64,000 nucleotides of DNA from the NCBI GenBank assembly GCA_964650515.1, contig CAZYUB010000003.1, positions 4,096-68,095 of the forward strand, in the 5' to 3' direction. The DNA comes from an uncultured Planctomycetia bacterium (GTDB taxonomy: Bacteria > Omnitrophota > Gorgyraeia > Pluralincolimonadales > Pluralincolimonadaceae). The notes under the pieces are model-generated. The model was not told the origin of the DNA. It searched no databases and saw only the letters and a list, made by a program, of their open reading frames with translations. Positions 48,659 through 57,619 of the stretch are shown one piece after another. Positions within the stretch are counted from its first letter, which is position 1; every line of letters starts with the position of its first letter. The position numbers and the translations under genes were made by a program.

Positions 48659-49365
48659 GAAACCGGGTCATTTACATAGTGCTTGCCATAGCGGCGCTGG
48701 ACGTCATCGTGTATTCCCCGCTGACATCGTACCTGCTAAAGGATTTCATAACCTATAAGCTCGAGAAGGCCCTTGAGATGGATATCACCTTCGGCAGCGT
48801 GAGGGCGAAGCCGCCGGCGCAGCTGCGTGTGACCGACATAAAGGCGATGGATAAGACGGGCCTCGCGCTCACATCCGAAAGGGCATACCTGCGGCTTGAG
48901 CCCGGGAAACTGTTCAAGGCGCAATTCGTGCTGAACTGCGATTTTCAGAACGTCGCCGTGAAGTCGGGGCTCGGCGCTTCGCTGAACAAGGTATTGAAGC
49001 CGTTCGGAGTTCCGCCGCAACCGTCGTTCAAATTCGACAGGATAACGTGCAAGATAAGGGCAAAGGGCGGCGAGCTCTTCATCACCGACCTCGACGGCTC
49101 CGGGCAGGATTTCAGGTTCTCGGGGAACCTCGCGAGACTCAAGGAGAGCAATGTAGATTACGAGTTGGAATTCTATATAAGCAGGAAAGTTGTGGACGAG
49201 AGCGCGGAGGCGCAGAAAGGCCTGCTTACGGATGATGACGGCGACGGCTGGTATACGATTAAACTGTCGCTGAAGGGCGACCCGAAAAAGCCGTCGAGCG
49301 TATATTTTTCGACAGGAGGCCTGAAACTCGAGATAAAACCGGGCGAAGAGGGCCCCAGAAAGTGA
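48655..49365 (+). CDS. Hypothetical secreted/membrane-anchored protein
   Basis: ATGA overlap with the dGTPase. N-terminal hydrophobic segment. No family recognised. Confidence 0.5.
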   Translation: MRNRVIYIVLAIAALDVIVYSPLTSYLLKDFITYKLEKALEMDITFGSVRAKPPAQLRVTDIKAMDKTGLALTSERAYLRLEPGKLFKAQFVLNCDFQNVAVKSGLGASLNKVLKPFGVPPQPSFKFDRITCKIRAKGGELFITDLDGSGQDFRFSGNLARLKESNVDYELEFYISRKVVDESAEAQKGLLTDDDGDGWYTIKLSLKGDPKKPSSVYFSTGGLKLEIKPGEEGPRK

Positions 49366-49415
49366 TTGCATTGGCGCGCCGGTTATGGTAGTATTAGTAT
49401 CCCTCGGAGTCGATA

Positions 49416-50009
49416 ATGCCGCCTGTTAACACCCAAAAGCAACAGCAAGAACTTTTCGACGAGTTTATAGTCGTCAAGAAGACAAGGGGAAAGCTGTTCG
49501 GCGTATTGAATAAATTCAATAAGCCGCTGTTTCCCCAGCACCGGTTGAATATTTCGGTCCCCTACGAGGTCCTGGCGGTCGTGCTCATGGGCCTGCTAGT
49601 GCTGGGGGCTATCGTATTTGCGCTCGGGGTCGAGAGGGGCAGGAGCCTTTCCGGGGCTGATGTAAGCGCGCCCGTTGAAGCAAAGGCGGCAGCGCCCGCG
49701 ATCCCCGTGGAGCCGCCGGAGCCCATAGTCGCGGTACCGGTCGAACCGGTGGCGGTCCAGCAGGTGACTGAGGCGCCTAAACCGGACGCGGTGAAGCCGT
49801 ATACAATACAGGTCGCGTCGTATAAGGCCAGGGATATGGCGGACAAGGAGCTTGCGCGCCTTAAGGCCCAGGGATATACGTCAGAGGTCATGAAGAAAGG
49901 CGCATATTATATTTTGTGCGTAGGTTCATTCGAGAGCAAAGATGCGGCGAAGAAGACGTTTGCCGAGATGCAGAAAAAGTATAAAGGCTGTATAATCAGA
50001 AAACGTTAA
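49416..50009 (+). CDS. SPOR-domain peptidoglycan-binding protein
   Basis: TM helix. Pro/Ala linker. C-terminal SPOR-like KPYTIQVASYKARDMADKELARLKAQGY. Confidence 0.75.
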   Translation: MPPVNTQKQQQELFDEFIVVKKTRGKLFGVLNKFNKPLFPQHRLNISVPYEVLAVVLMGLLVLGAIVFALGVERGRSLSGADVSAPVEAKAAAPAIPVEPPEPIVAVPVEPVAVQQVTEAPKPDAVKPYTIQVASYKARDMADKELARLKAQGYTSEVMKKGAYYILCVGSFESKDAAKKTFAEMQKKYKGCIIRKR

Positions 50010-50025
50010 TAAAAGGAGAGAAGAG

Positions 50026-50301
50026 ATGTCGATCCACCCGAGTCTGCGCCCTTCAAAAGGCAGGGGGCATAGGTCAGTATTCAAGCGTTTCGAGCGCATA
50101 AAGATGCTTGCCGATAAGGATAAATGGAACGAGAAGGACTCCGTCTTCGGCCTCCCGAAGGTCAAGTCGCTGAAGATAAAGGTAAAGAAGGAGAAGTCCG
50201 AAGCCAAGGCGGCGGCGGAAGGCGCAGCGGCAACCCCCGGAGCGGCACCGGCAGCAAAGGCGGCGGCGCCCGCAAAGAAGGAACAAGCGAAAGCGAAGTA
50301 A
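50026..50301 (+). CDS. Small basic protein with Lys/Ala/Pro-rich histone-H1-like tail
   Basis: Strong SD AAAGGAGAG. 91 aa. C-terminus AKAAAEGAAATPGAAPAAKAAAPAKKEQAKAK. Confidence 0.6.
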   Translation: MSIHPSLRPSKGRGHRSVFKRFERIKMLADKDKWNEKDSVFGLPKVKSLKIKVKKEKSEAKAAAEGAAATPGAAPAAKAAAPAKKEQAKAK

Positions 50302-50303
50302 GC

Positions 50304-51260
50304 ATGAGAACCGTGATCTATGCCAGGCAGTTCGTTATCACAGCGATATGCCTGGCTTTTTCTTTTGCGATGCCTGAAGCCCGTCCTGAGACGGTCTCCG
50401 CGGACAGGGTCAACGTCCGCGCTTCCGGCAACACTTCATCGGAAGTCCTGTGCCAGCTTTCGAAAGGCGAAAACGTCAGCGTCGCCGACAGGAAAGGCGA
50501 CTGGTATAAGATAGGCCTCCCGCCAAGGGCGCTCGTCTATGTGAACAAGGCGAATGTGTCGCTTAAGGAAGGCATAGGAACGGTAACGGAAGATAATGCG
50601 CTGGTAAGGAGCGCCGCGACTAAGTCATCTTCGGTCGTAGGACGCCTCGAGAAGGGGGCTTCCGTAAAGGTCCTGAAGCAATACCTGGACTGGTACGAGA
50701 TAGAAGCTCCCAAGGGCTCGTACGGGTGGGTCTATGCGAAATATATCGGCAAGAGTGAGGAGGCATGGGTAAAGAAGGATATCTCGCTCCAGGAGAAACT
50801 TTCCGGCATAGATGACGCATACAGGAACGAACTGAAAAAGCCGATGCGCGAGATCGAGCTTAATTGGATACTCGACGAATACGGGAAATTCGCGGCGGCC
50901 TATAAGGACCTCCCGGAAGGGAAGCAGGCGTCAATGAAAGCCGAGGAGGTAAAGCTGAAGATCGCGGAGATAGAGCACCTGAAGGCGAAACAGGAGTACG
51001 ACGCGAAGATAAAGAACATATCCTCCCCGCGGCCCGGAGAGGCGCCCCTGGCGAGCGGTATATTGTCGAACGTCGGGAAGATACCCGGCCGCCTCAGCAA
51101 ATATAAGCTGATGAAGGACGGAAAGCAACTCGGTTATGTCACGAGCCCGAAAGATGACCTCGGGAAGTACGTGAACCTTCCGGTGAACATCTGGGGCGTA
51201 AAGAAAGAGGTCAAGGGCACGGTGCTTTATGAGGCCGATGCGGTACAGATAATAGAGTGA
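50304..51260 (+). CDS. Exported protein with two SH3b-like domains and coiled-coil C-terminus
   Basis: Start moved to ATG 50304. Signal peptide. Two repeats of the type RVNVRASGNTSSEVLCQLSKGENVSV...GDWYKI. Confidence 0.65.
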   Translation: MRTVIYARQFVITAICLAFSFAMPEARPETVSADRVNVRASGNTSSEVLCQLSKGENVSVADRKGDWYKIGLPPRALVYVNKANVSLKEGIGTVTEDNALVRSAATKSSSVVGRLEKGASVKVLKQYLDWYEIEAPKGSYGWVYAKYIGKSEEAWVKKDISLQEKLSGIDDAYRNELKKPMREIELNWILDEYGKFAAAYKDLPEGKQASMKAEEVKLKIAEIEHLKAKQEYDAKIKNISSPRPGEAPLASGILSNVGKIPGRLSKYKLMKDGKQLGYVTSPKDDLGKYVNLPVNIWGVKKEVKGTVLYEADAVQIIE

Positions 51261-51595
51261 TGATGGAATACGTTAAATTCGAAGATTTCAAGAAACTGCA
51301 GCTTAAGATAGCGAGGGTCCTGAAAGTGGAGGACCACCCGAACGCCGACAAGCTTTACGTTCTGACTGTGACGACAGGCGCCGGCGAGGCGGAGAAGACG
51401 GTAGTCGCCGGCATAAAGATGCATTATAGGCCGGAAGAGTTGGTCGGGAAGCAGGTCGTCATAATAGATAACCTCGAGCCGGCCGTCATACGCGGCGTGG
51501 CCTCGAACGGCATGCTTCTCGCGACAAAGGACGCGGCTTCACTCGCAGTATTGGCCCCCGACAGGGAAATAACGACAGGCAGCCCCGTATCATGA
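51257..51595 (+). CDS. tRNA-binding (Myf/CsaA-like) domain protein
   Basis: KIARVLKVEDHPNADKLYVLTV is typical of the tRNA-binding OB-fold domain. The exact start lies somewhere in 51257-51263 (GTG followed by two ATG codons). Confidence 0.8.
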   Translation: MMMEYVKFEDFKKLQLKIARVLKVEDHPNADKLYVLTVTTGAGEAEKTVVAGIKMHYRPEELVGKQVVIIDNLEPAVIRGVASNGMLLATKDAASLAVLAPDREITTGSPVS

Positions 51596-52215
51596 CCAAT
51601 TCCTCAATATACGAGTACGTCATCTCTATCGCGGTATTTATCTTCGCAATAATGATCCACGAGGTATCGCACGGCTGGGTGGCCTATAAGCTCGGCGACC
51701 CTACCGCGAAGTTATCGGGCAGGCTGACCCTGAACCCCGTCAGCCATATAGACCCGATAGGTACGATCCTGTTCCCGATAGCGCTTTTGTTCATGCAATC
51801 GCGCGTGATATTCGGATGGGCGAAGCCGGTGCCGATCAATTTCATGGCGCTGCGGAACCCAAAAAAGGATATCGTGTGGGTCGGCGCGGCGGGGCCGCTA
51901 TCGAATATAATCGTAGCTTTCGTGACCGGCGCCCTGATAAGGCTCTTTCCCTTTACGTACGTGCCCGTATTGAGCGATATCCTGATACTCTCCGTGAAAT
52001 TCAACCTCGTGCTGGCGGCGTTCAACCTGATACCGATACCTCCGCTGGACGGGTCGAGGATACTCTTCGGGCTTTTGCCTCCGAATGCCGCGATGAAATA
52101 TATCAAGATGGAGCCGTACGGTTTTGTCATATTATTCGTGCTGTTGTGGTACGGGTTGTTGAACTGGTTCGTCGACCCGCTGATAAATATACTCGCAAGG
52201 ATAATAGGGTTTTGA
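51592..52215 (+). CDS. Site-2 protease family (M50) membrane metalloprotease
   Basis: [14 protein letters not shown] HExxH motif inside a TM helix. 207 aa polytopic protein. Confidence 0.8.
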   Translation: MTNSSIYEYVISIAVFIFAIMIHEVSHGWVAYKLGDPTAKLSGRLTLNPVSHIDPIGTILFPIALLFMQSRVIFGWAKPVPINFMALRNPKKDIVWVGAAGPLSNIIVAFVTGALIRLFPFTYVPVLSDILILSVKFNLVLAAFNLIPIPPLDGSRILFGLLPPNAAMKYIKMEPYGFVILFVLLWYGLLNWFVDPLINILARIIGF

Positions 52216-52244
52216 ACTTTCATACGGAAGGGGGTGAGCATCAA

Positions 52245-52457
52245 ATGGCTGATGAGCTGACAGGCGTAGTAAAATGGTTCTCGAACCAGAAGGGCTACGG
52301 TTTCATAACGCCCGATAACGGCGGCAAGGACGTATTCGTGCATCACACCGCTATTACCGGGGAGGGATACAAGACCCTTTCGGAAGGGCAGAAGGTGCAG
52401 TTCCAGATAGCGCGCACCGATAAGGGAGACCAGGCCTCGAACGTAGTTAAACTTTAA
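52245..52457 (+). CDS. Cold-shock protein (CspA family)
   Basis: Hand-located ATG 52245 after a [28 protein letters not shown]1 motif. 70 aa. Confidence 0.9.
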   Translation: MADELTGVVKWFSNQKGYGFITPDNGGKDVFVHHTAITGEGYKTLSEGQKVQFQIARTDKGDQASNVVKL

Positions 52458-52471
52458 CCCCAGGGTGAATC

Positions 52472-53563
52472 ATGGATCCCATAATGGTCCGTTTGGGCGA
52501 CCGTAGTTACAAGATCCTTGTCGGGGGTTCGTTGTCCGCATTTTCCGGTGAATTAGCCGGGATGAAACTCGGCTCGGACGCCGCGATAGTGACGAATCCC
52601 AAGGTGAAGGCGCTTTTCGGGAAGGCCGTCAAGGGCATGCTCGAAAAGGCGGGATACAGGGCGAAGTTCATGATCGTGCCCGATTCCGAAAAAGCCAAGT
52701 CCATGGGAGAGGCCGCGAAACTGCTGGCTTCGCTCTCGGCGTCCGACGGCAAAGGCAAAAGGCTGTTCGTCGTAGCGCTGGGCGGCGGGGTCGTAGGTGA
52801 CCTGGCCGGCTTTGCCGCTTCCGCGTTCAAGAGGGGGATCCCGTACATCCAGGTCCCTACCACGCTTCTCGCGCAGGTCGACTCCTCGATAGGGGGCAAG
52901 GTCGCCGTAGACCTGCCGGAGGGAAAGAACCTTGTCGGCGCGTTCTACCAGCCCAGGGCAGTGTTCGTCGACACATCATTCCTAACAAAGTTATCCCGCA
53001 GAGATTATACTTCCGGGCTTGCCGAGGTAATAAAGTACGCGATAATCGGAGACAGCCGCATGTTCGCGAAACTTGAAAAAGACCGCGCGAAGGTAATAGC
53101 GCGCGACCCCGACATGCTGGCATATATAGTGAAGCGGTGCGCCTCGATAAAAGCCGGGATAGTTTCCAGGGACGAGAGGGAGAAAAAGTCGCTGCGGACC
53201 GTGCTGAATTACGGGCACACGGTAGGCCACGCGATAGAGGCCGCCTGGGATTATTCCGGGGCTTACACCCATGGGGAGGCGGTATCTCTCGGCATGATAG
53301 CGGCCGCGCGCATAGCGAACAGGATCGGGATATTAAGGGCGGCGGATGCGGGAAGGATAGAGTCGCTTATTAGCGCCTTTGGCCTTCCGGTAAAACTCAG
53401 GAAGACGAAAGTAACCAGGATAATGCATTCCCTCGCGCATGACAAGAAATTCATCCACGGGGTGAACAGGTTCGTCCTGCCGGTACGCATAGGAAAGGTA
53501 ATCGTCAAAGAGAAGGTCCCCGAATCAATGATCCGCATGGAGATCGAAAGGCTTTCGGATTAG
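52472..53563 (+). CDS. aroB: 3-dehydroquinate synthase
   Basis: Motifs LGGGVVGDLAGFAAS and GHTVGHAIE. 363 aa. Confidence 0.88.
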   Translation: MDPIMVRLGDRSYKILVGGSLSAFSGELAGMKLGSDAAIVTNPKVKALFGKAVKGMLEKAGYRAKFMIVPDSEKAKSMGEAAKLLASLSASDGKGKRLFVVALGGGVVGDLAGFAASAFKRGIPYIQVPTTLLAQVDSSIGGKVAVDLPEGKNLVGAFYQPRAVFVDTSFLTKLSRRDYTSGLAEVIKYAIIGDSRMFAKLEKDRAKVIARDPDMLAYIVKRCASIKAGIVSRDEREKKSLRTVLNYGHTVGHAIEAAWDYSGAYTHGEAVSLGMIAAARIANRIGILRAADAGRIESLISAFGLPVKLRKTKVTRIMHSLAHDKKFIHGVNRFVLPVRIGKVIVKEKVPESMIRMEIERLSD

Positions 53564-53569
53564 CCCCTC

Positions 53570-54301
53570 ATGAAAGACAGATCGCGGCAGTCACAATTAG
53601 CAAGGTTCCAGAAGGCGCTCAAATACCCGTTCAGGAGCAAAGCGCTGCTCGCCCAGGCCCTGACGCACAGGTCGTACGCCTACGAGCATCCCAAGGGGAG
53701 GATATCTGATAACGAGAGGCTTGAGTTCCTCGGAGACGCGGTGCTCGGCCTTGCGATAAGCGCCCATATATACAGGAAGTTCCCCGACTGCCAGGAGGGG
53801 GAGATGACGAGGATAAGGTCGCTGCTCGTCAACAGGCAGACGCTGGAGTCCCTCGCAAGGAAACTCAGCATAGGCAAGTATGTGCTTTTCGGGAAGGGCG
53901 AAGCGGCCAGCGGAGGAGCGGAGCAGTCGAGGAACCTCGTCTGCGCTTTTGAGGCCGTTATAGGCGCGATATATATGGACGGCGGGGCCGCGAAAGCTGA
54001 GAGTTTTATCGCGTCGCAGTTCAGGGCGGAAATAAGGAAGGTGAAACAGGGCGGCGCGCAAAAGGATTACAAATCCGTCCTGCAGGAGTACACGTCTAAG
54101 ACATACAAGGCGACGCCGAGGTATACGGTAATATCGGAGGAAGGACCCGACCACCAAAAGTGTTTCGAGGTCGCGGTGTCATTCGGCGGGGCCGTCAGGG
54201 GCACGGGCGAAGGTAAGAACAAGAAATCAGCCGAGCAGGACGCGGCATACAATGCGTTGTATGGCGAAGGCCTGCTTGACAAAAGCAATGAGGGGAAGTA
54301 A
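53570..54301 (+). CDS. rnc: Ribonuclease III
   Basis: Signature ERLEFLGDAVLGLAIS. C-terminal dsRBD. 243 aa. Confidence 0.92.
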   Translation: MKDRSRQSQLARFQKALKYPFRSKALLAQALTHRSYAYEHPKGRISDNERLEFLGDAVLGLAISAHIYRKFPDCQEGEMTRIRSLLVNRQTLESLARKLSIGKYVLFGKGEAASGGAEQSRNLVCAFEAVIGAIYMDGGAAKAESFIASQFRAEIRKVKQGGAQKDYKSVLQEYTSKTYKATPRYTVISEEGPDHQKCFEVAVSFGGAVRGTGEGKNKKSAEQDAAYNALYGEGLLDKSNEGK

Positions 54302-54310
54302 AATCACTCC

Positions 54311-54766
54311 ATGCAGATAAGGCCATATAAGACAGGAGACCGGGGGCAGGTCAAGGATCTCGTATCGAATATACTGGACGCGGAGTTTTCGTTCGGAAAG
54401 AAGGCCTACGAGTATTGCGACCTCGATTCCATTGACAGCGTCTACGGCGGGGAGAGGGAAGCGTTCTTTGTCCTCGTGGATAAAGGTGTCGTAGGCGGGA
54501 CCGCCGGCGTGAAGGAAGAGACGCACAGGACCGCGATAATTCGGAGGTTGTTCGTCGCGAAACAGCTGCGGAAAAAGGGGTACGGCGGGCTGCTGCTGGA
54601 CCGCGCGATAGATTTTTGCAGGGAGAAAGGTTATCATGAAGTCGTCTTCCACGCTGCAAACGCGATGACAAGCGCGATAGACCTGTGCAGGAGCAGGGGT
54701 TTTAACGAGAAAGAAAAACTCGAGCTCGGCGGCATAAATATAATAAGGTTTTCGTTGGAGCTGTAA
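54311..54766 (+). CDS. GNAT-family N-acetyltransferase
   Basis: RRLFVAKQLRKKGYGGLLL acetyl-CoA binding motif. 151 aa. Confidence 0.8.
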   Translation: MQIRPYKTGDRGQVKDLVSNILDAEFSFGKKAYEYCDLDSIDSVYGGEREAFFVLVDKGVVGGTAGVKEETHRTAIIRRLFVAKQLRKKGYGGLLLDRAIDFCREKGYHEVVFHAANAMTSAIDLCRSRGFNEKEKLELGGINIIRFSLEL

Positions 54767-54775
54767 GGAGAAATC

Positions 54776-55309
54776 TTGTTCGGGAATAAGCCAGATAAGG
54801 AAAAGAACCTTAAGAACCTGTCCGAGAAGGATATCCAGAAGCAGCTTTACGGGGATTACCTTAAGGATGAGGACAGGGTAGAGGTGATGGATTCCTCTTT
54901 TATTGTCAAGGAGAGCAAGGAATCCCCGATACAGGAGAAGGTCGACCAGAAGGCCAAGAAGGAAGTCGGCGCCGAGCTGGATTCGCTGAGATCGGAATTC
55001 AAACGCCTGCAGGGCGAAGTTAACAGGCTCAAGAAAGAGAAGGAGTCGCTCGACAAGCCCGACATCTGGTTCAGGCCCCCGCTGCTGAAGACGAGGCAGC
55101 TCGTGATAATAGGTTCCATAGTAGTGCTTTTGGCCGTCGCCGCGGGTGTTGTGTATACTGCGAGGTTCCTTGTATCAAAGGTAGGCCATACTGAAGGGTC
55201 GAAGGCATCTATCGAAAAGCCCGCTGAAACCGCGAAGAAGGAAACGACCGCCAAGAAAACCGCTCCCGCCAAGAAGCCCGTTAAGAAAACGGTACGTAAG
55301 AAGCCCTAA
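54776..55309 (+). CDS. Hypothetical coiled-coil membrane protein with Lys-rich C-terminus
   Basis: TTG start. One TM helix. KKxxAKK tail. Stop overlaps the stop of the convergent minus-strand gene. Confidence 0.5.
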   Translation: MFGNKPDKEKNLKNLSEKDIQKQLYGDYLKDEDRVEVMDSSFIVKESKESPIQEKVDQKAKKEVGAELDSLRSEFKRLQGEVNRLKKEKESLDKPDIWFRPPLLKTRQLVIIGSIVVLLAVAAGVVYTARFLVSKVGHTEGSKASIEKPAETAKKETTAKKTAPAKKPVKKTVRKKP

Positions 55310-55818
55310 TCCACCTTAAGCACAAAGGGCTGCCCGGTTGCCTGGTCAAGCATATCCACTTTATCGGGGTATATCTTTACTACCCGCATACCTCTTATAG
55401 AACCGCCTTCCTCGATGATCTTGTTCTCGATTATCGCGGCCGGCTTGCCTATGCCGTAGACGATCCCGTTGAGGGTCAGGTGCGGATTCGACAATTTGGT
55501 AAGCAGGTTGCTTACGGGGGTGGGTTCGGGTTCCTGTTTCACGGGGGCCGCCGGCGCCGAGGCCGTTGAATATCCCTCCGCCTTGGGGGCGGAGTCGATC
55601 GCCGTTGCCGGGCCGTGTTTGGGCGTCCCGGTAAAATATACTACCGCAGCTATTATGATCATTGTGGAGAACATCATGAGAAACGACTTCGAGAACCGCA
55701 GTTCATGGGTTTCCGGCGCGGCGGCCACGCGCATATCGGACATGGCTGCGGCCGAGGGCCTCGCCTCAGGCGCGGGCCTGTCGGATGCTTTCTTCAATGC
55801 TTCCATTATTATGCTCAT
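55306..55818 (-). CDS. GspB/ExeB-like type II secretion accessory protein
   Basis: N-terminus MSIIMEALKKAS resembles the GspB MSxILDALKK start. One TM helix. Directly downstream of the ExeA-like ATPase on the minus strand. Confidence 0.55.
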   Translation of the reverse strand: MSIIMEALKKASDRPAPEARPSAAAMSDMRVAAAPETHELRFSKSFLMMFSTMIIIAAVVYFTGTPKHGPATAIDSAPKAEGYSTASAPAAPVKQEPEPTPVSNLLTKLSNPHLTLNGIVYGIGKPAAIIENKIIEEGGSIRGMRVVKIYPDKVDMLDQATGQPFVLKVD

Positions 55819-56657
55819 ATCCTCACGAACCCTTCGATCTCTTCAACGGACCTTTTTATCATCTCGAGCGTTATCTCCTTTGTTTCCGTCGTGAATCCTA
55901 GAAGCAGCGCCCTGTCGCAGACAAGGTTTATCAGCCTCGGGACCCCTCCGGAATATTCGAATATTTCGCCTATCGCGTCCGGGCTGAAGGCCACCGAGCC
56001 GTCGGAGCCCGCCACGCGCATCCTGTGCATTATATAATCGTTTATCTCGGACTTGTCGAGGGGCAGGATATGGTATCTTACAGAGATCCTTTGCCTTAAT
56101 TGTTCGAGTTCCGGGGAATTCAGCTTGTCGCGCAGCTCCGGTTGGCCGACCAGCACTATCTGTATGAGTTTGTCCTTGTCGGTCTCGAGGTTGGACAGCA
56201 TCCTTACCTGCTCCAGCTGCGCCGATCTCAGGTTCTGCGCCTCGTCTATTATCAGGACTACATTCGAACCGGCCTTAAGCTGGTCGATCAGGAACTTATT
56301 GAGCTCGGTAAGCAGGCTTATCTTGGTCTTCGGTTTCGCGTTGAGCCCGAAATCGGTGACAATGGCGAAAAGTAACTGGGTCTCCGGAAGGTTGGAGTTC
56401 AATATGAAGGCGGTCTTCGTGTTGGGGTCAAGCTGGCCTATCAGGGCCCTGCAAAGGGTGGTCTTGCCCGTGCCTATCTCGCCGGTTATTTCCAGGAAAC
56501 CGCGCCTTTCCTTGATACCGTATATGAGGTGGTCAAACGCTTCGCGGTGTTTCCTGCTGAAAAAAAGGAAATTAGGGTCTGCGGTTACGTTGAAGGGTCT
56601 TTCTTTTAGGCCGTAATATTTTTCGTACAATGGAGAGTGCCTCCGTGTGTAGGGCAA
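55815..56657 (-). CDS. ExeA/GspA-like AAA ATPase (MshM-type), lacks peptidoglycan-binding C-terminal domain
   Basis: Walker A GEIGTGKTT. Walker B LIIDEAQN. 280 aa. Confidence 0.75.
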   Translation of the reverse strand: MPYTRRHSPLYEKYYGLKERPFNVTADPNFLFFSRKHREAFDHLIYGIKERRGFLEITGEIGTGKTTLCRALIGQLDPNTKTAFILNSNLPETQLLFAIVTDFGLNAKPKTKISLLTELNKFLIDQLKAGSNVVLIIDEAQNLRSAQLEQVRMLSNLETDKDKLIQIVLVGQPELRDKLNSPELEQLRQRISVRYHILPLDKSEINDYIMHRMRVAGSDGSVAFSPDAIGEIFEYSGGVPRLINLVCDRALLLGFTTETKEITLEMIKRSVEEIEGFVRI

Positions 56658-56718
56658 CCTCGTATTTTCGATGCCATTTTATCATCGGGCGCGGGGAATG
56701 TCAAAATAAAAAATAGTA

Positions 56719-56746
56719 TTGTAAAGTTTACATTAAAAGGTATAAT
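56719..56746 (+). promoter_or_regulatory. Sigma70-like promoter (TTGTAA-16-TATAAT) in AT-rich divergent intergenic region, facing the PilZ array
   Basis: -35 at 56719-56724, -10 at 56741-56746. SD AAGG 9 nt before ATG 56767. Confidence 0.55.
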
Positions 56747-56766
56747 AATAGTAAAGGCGGACTAAA

Positions 56767-57129
56767 ATGGGCTGGAGCGGAATCGATACCAGAAGGTCGG
56801 TGAGGGTCTCTTTTGAGTGCGTCGTTATAGTCAAGAAGAAGGAGACCAGCCTTGTCTTCCGCACCCAGACCGAAAATATCTCCGCAGGCGGCACCTGCCT
56901 GATCCTCGAGAAAGCGCTCCTCAAGCATAACCCGGTCGAGGTGGAATTGTTCCTTCCCGACGACCCGATACCGATAAACTGCGAAGGCAAGATCGCGTGG
57001 TCTGTCCGTCGCAGCGAATACCTTAAGAAGAAATCGAGCCAATTTGATACAGGTATAGAGTTCACGAACATCACGGACGAGGACAAAGCGCGCCTTAAGC
57101 GCATAATTGAGGAGCTTTTGGAGTATTAA
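56767..57129 (+). CDS. Stand-alone PilZ-domain protein (c-di-GMP receptor candidate) 1 of 3
   Basis: RRSVR and NISAGG motifs (RxxxR ... D/NxSxGG). Confidence 0.8.
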   Translation: MGWSGIDTRRSVRVSFECVVIVKKKETSLVFRTQTENISAGGTCLILEKALLKHNPVEVELFLPDDPIPINCEGKIAWSVRRSEYLKKKSSQFDTGIEFTNITDEDKARLKRIIEELLEY

Positions 57130-57231
57130 AATAAAATAATTGACTTTTCATTTTAAGCGGCGGATAATAATGGTGAAAACAAGGAGGGGAAGAGCTATAA
57201 GTACAGGAACACAAAAAGGGGGTGATGGGGG

Positions 57232-57609
57232 ATGAGCGAGAAAAGGAAATTTATGCGTTTCGATGTCTCCATTGAAGTGGAGTATATGGTTCCCGGAAAC
57301 GGAGCGCCGGTAGAAGGGATATCGGTGACGAGGAACCTGAGCCGCGAAGGCATGCAGATTTCAGTGAACAGCAAGTTAGTCCCCGGAACGGAATTGGAAA
57401 TAAAACTGCGTATACCGGAAGACGCGGCGCCCGTTTACGCGAAGGGCGATCTGGTCTGGGTCGAGAAGTCGGAAGCGAAGACGGAGTCGGGAGCGGGCAT
57501 AAAATTCACGCAGATGTCCCCGTTCGACAGGAACAGGATACTCGACCATGTATACAAGGAGTGGGTCGAGCAACAGATAGGTCAGAGCGCAGCACCCCGT
57601 AATAAGTAA
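57232..57609 (+). CDS. Stand-alone PilZ-domain protein 2 of 3
   Basis: RKFMR and NLSREG motifs. SD-like GGGGGTGATGGGGG upstream. Confidence 0.8.
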   Translation: MSEKRKFMRFDVSIEVEYMVPGNGAPVEGISVTRNLSREGMQISVNSKLVPGTELEIKLRIPEDAAPVYAKGDLVWVEKSEAKTESGAGIKFTQMSPFDRNRILDHVYKEWVEQQIGQSAAPRNK

Positions 57610-57619
57610 AAAGTGGATC

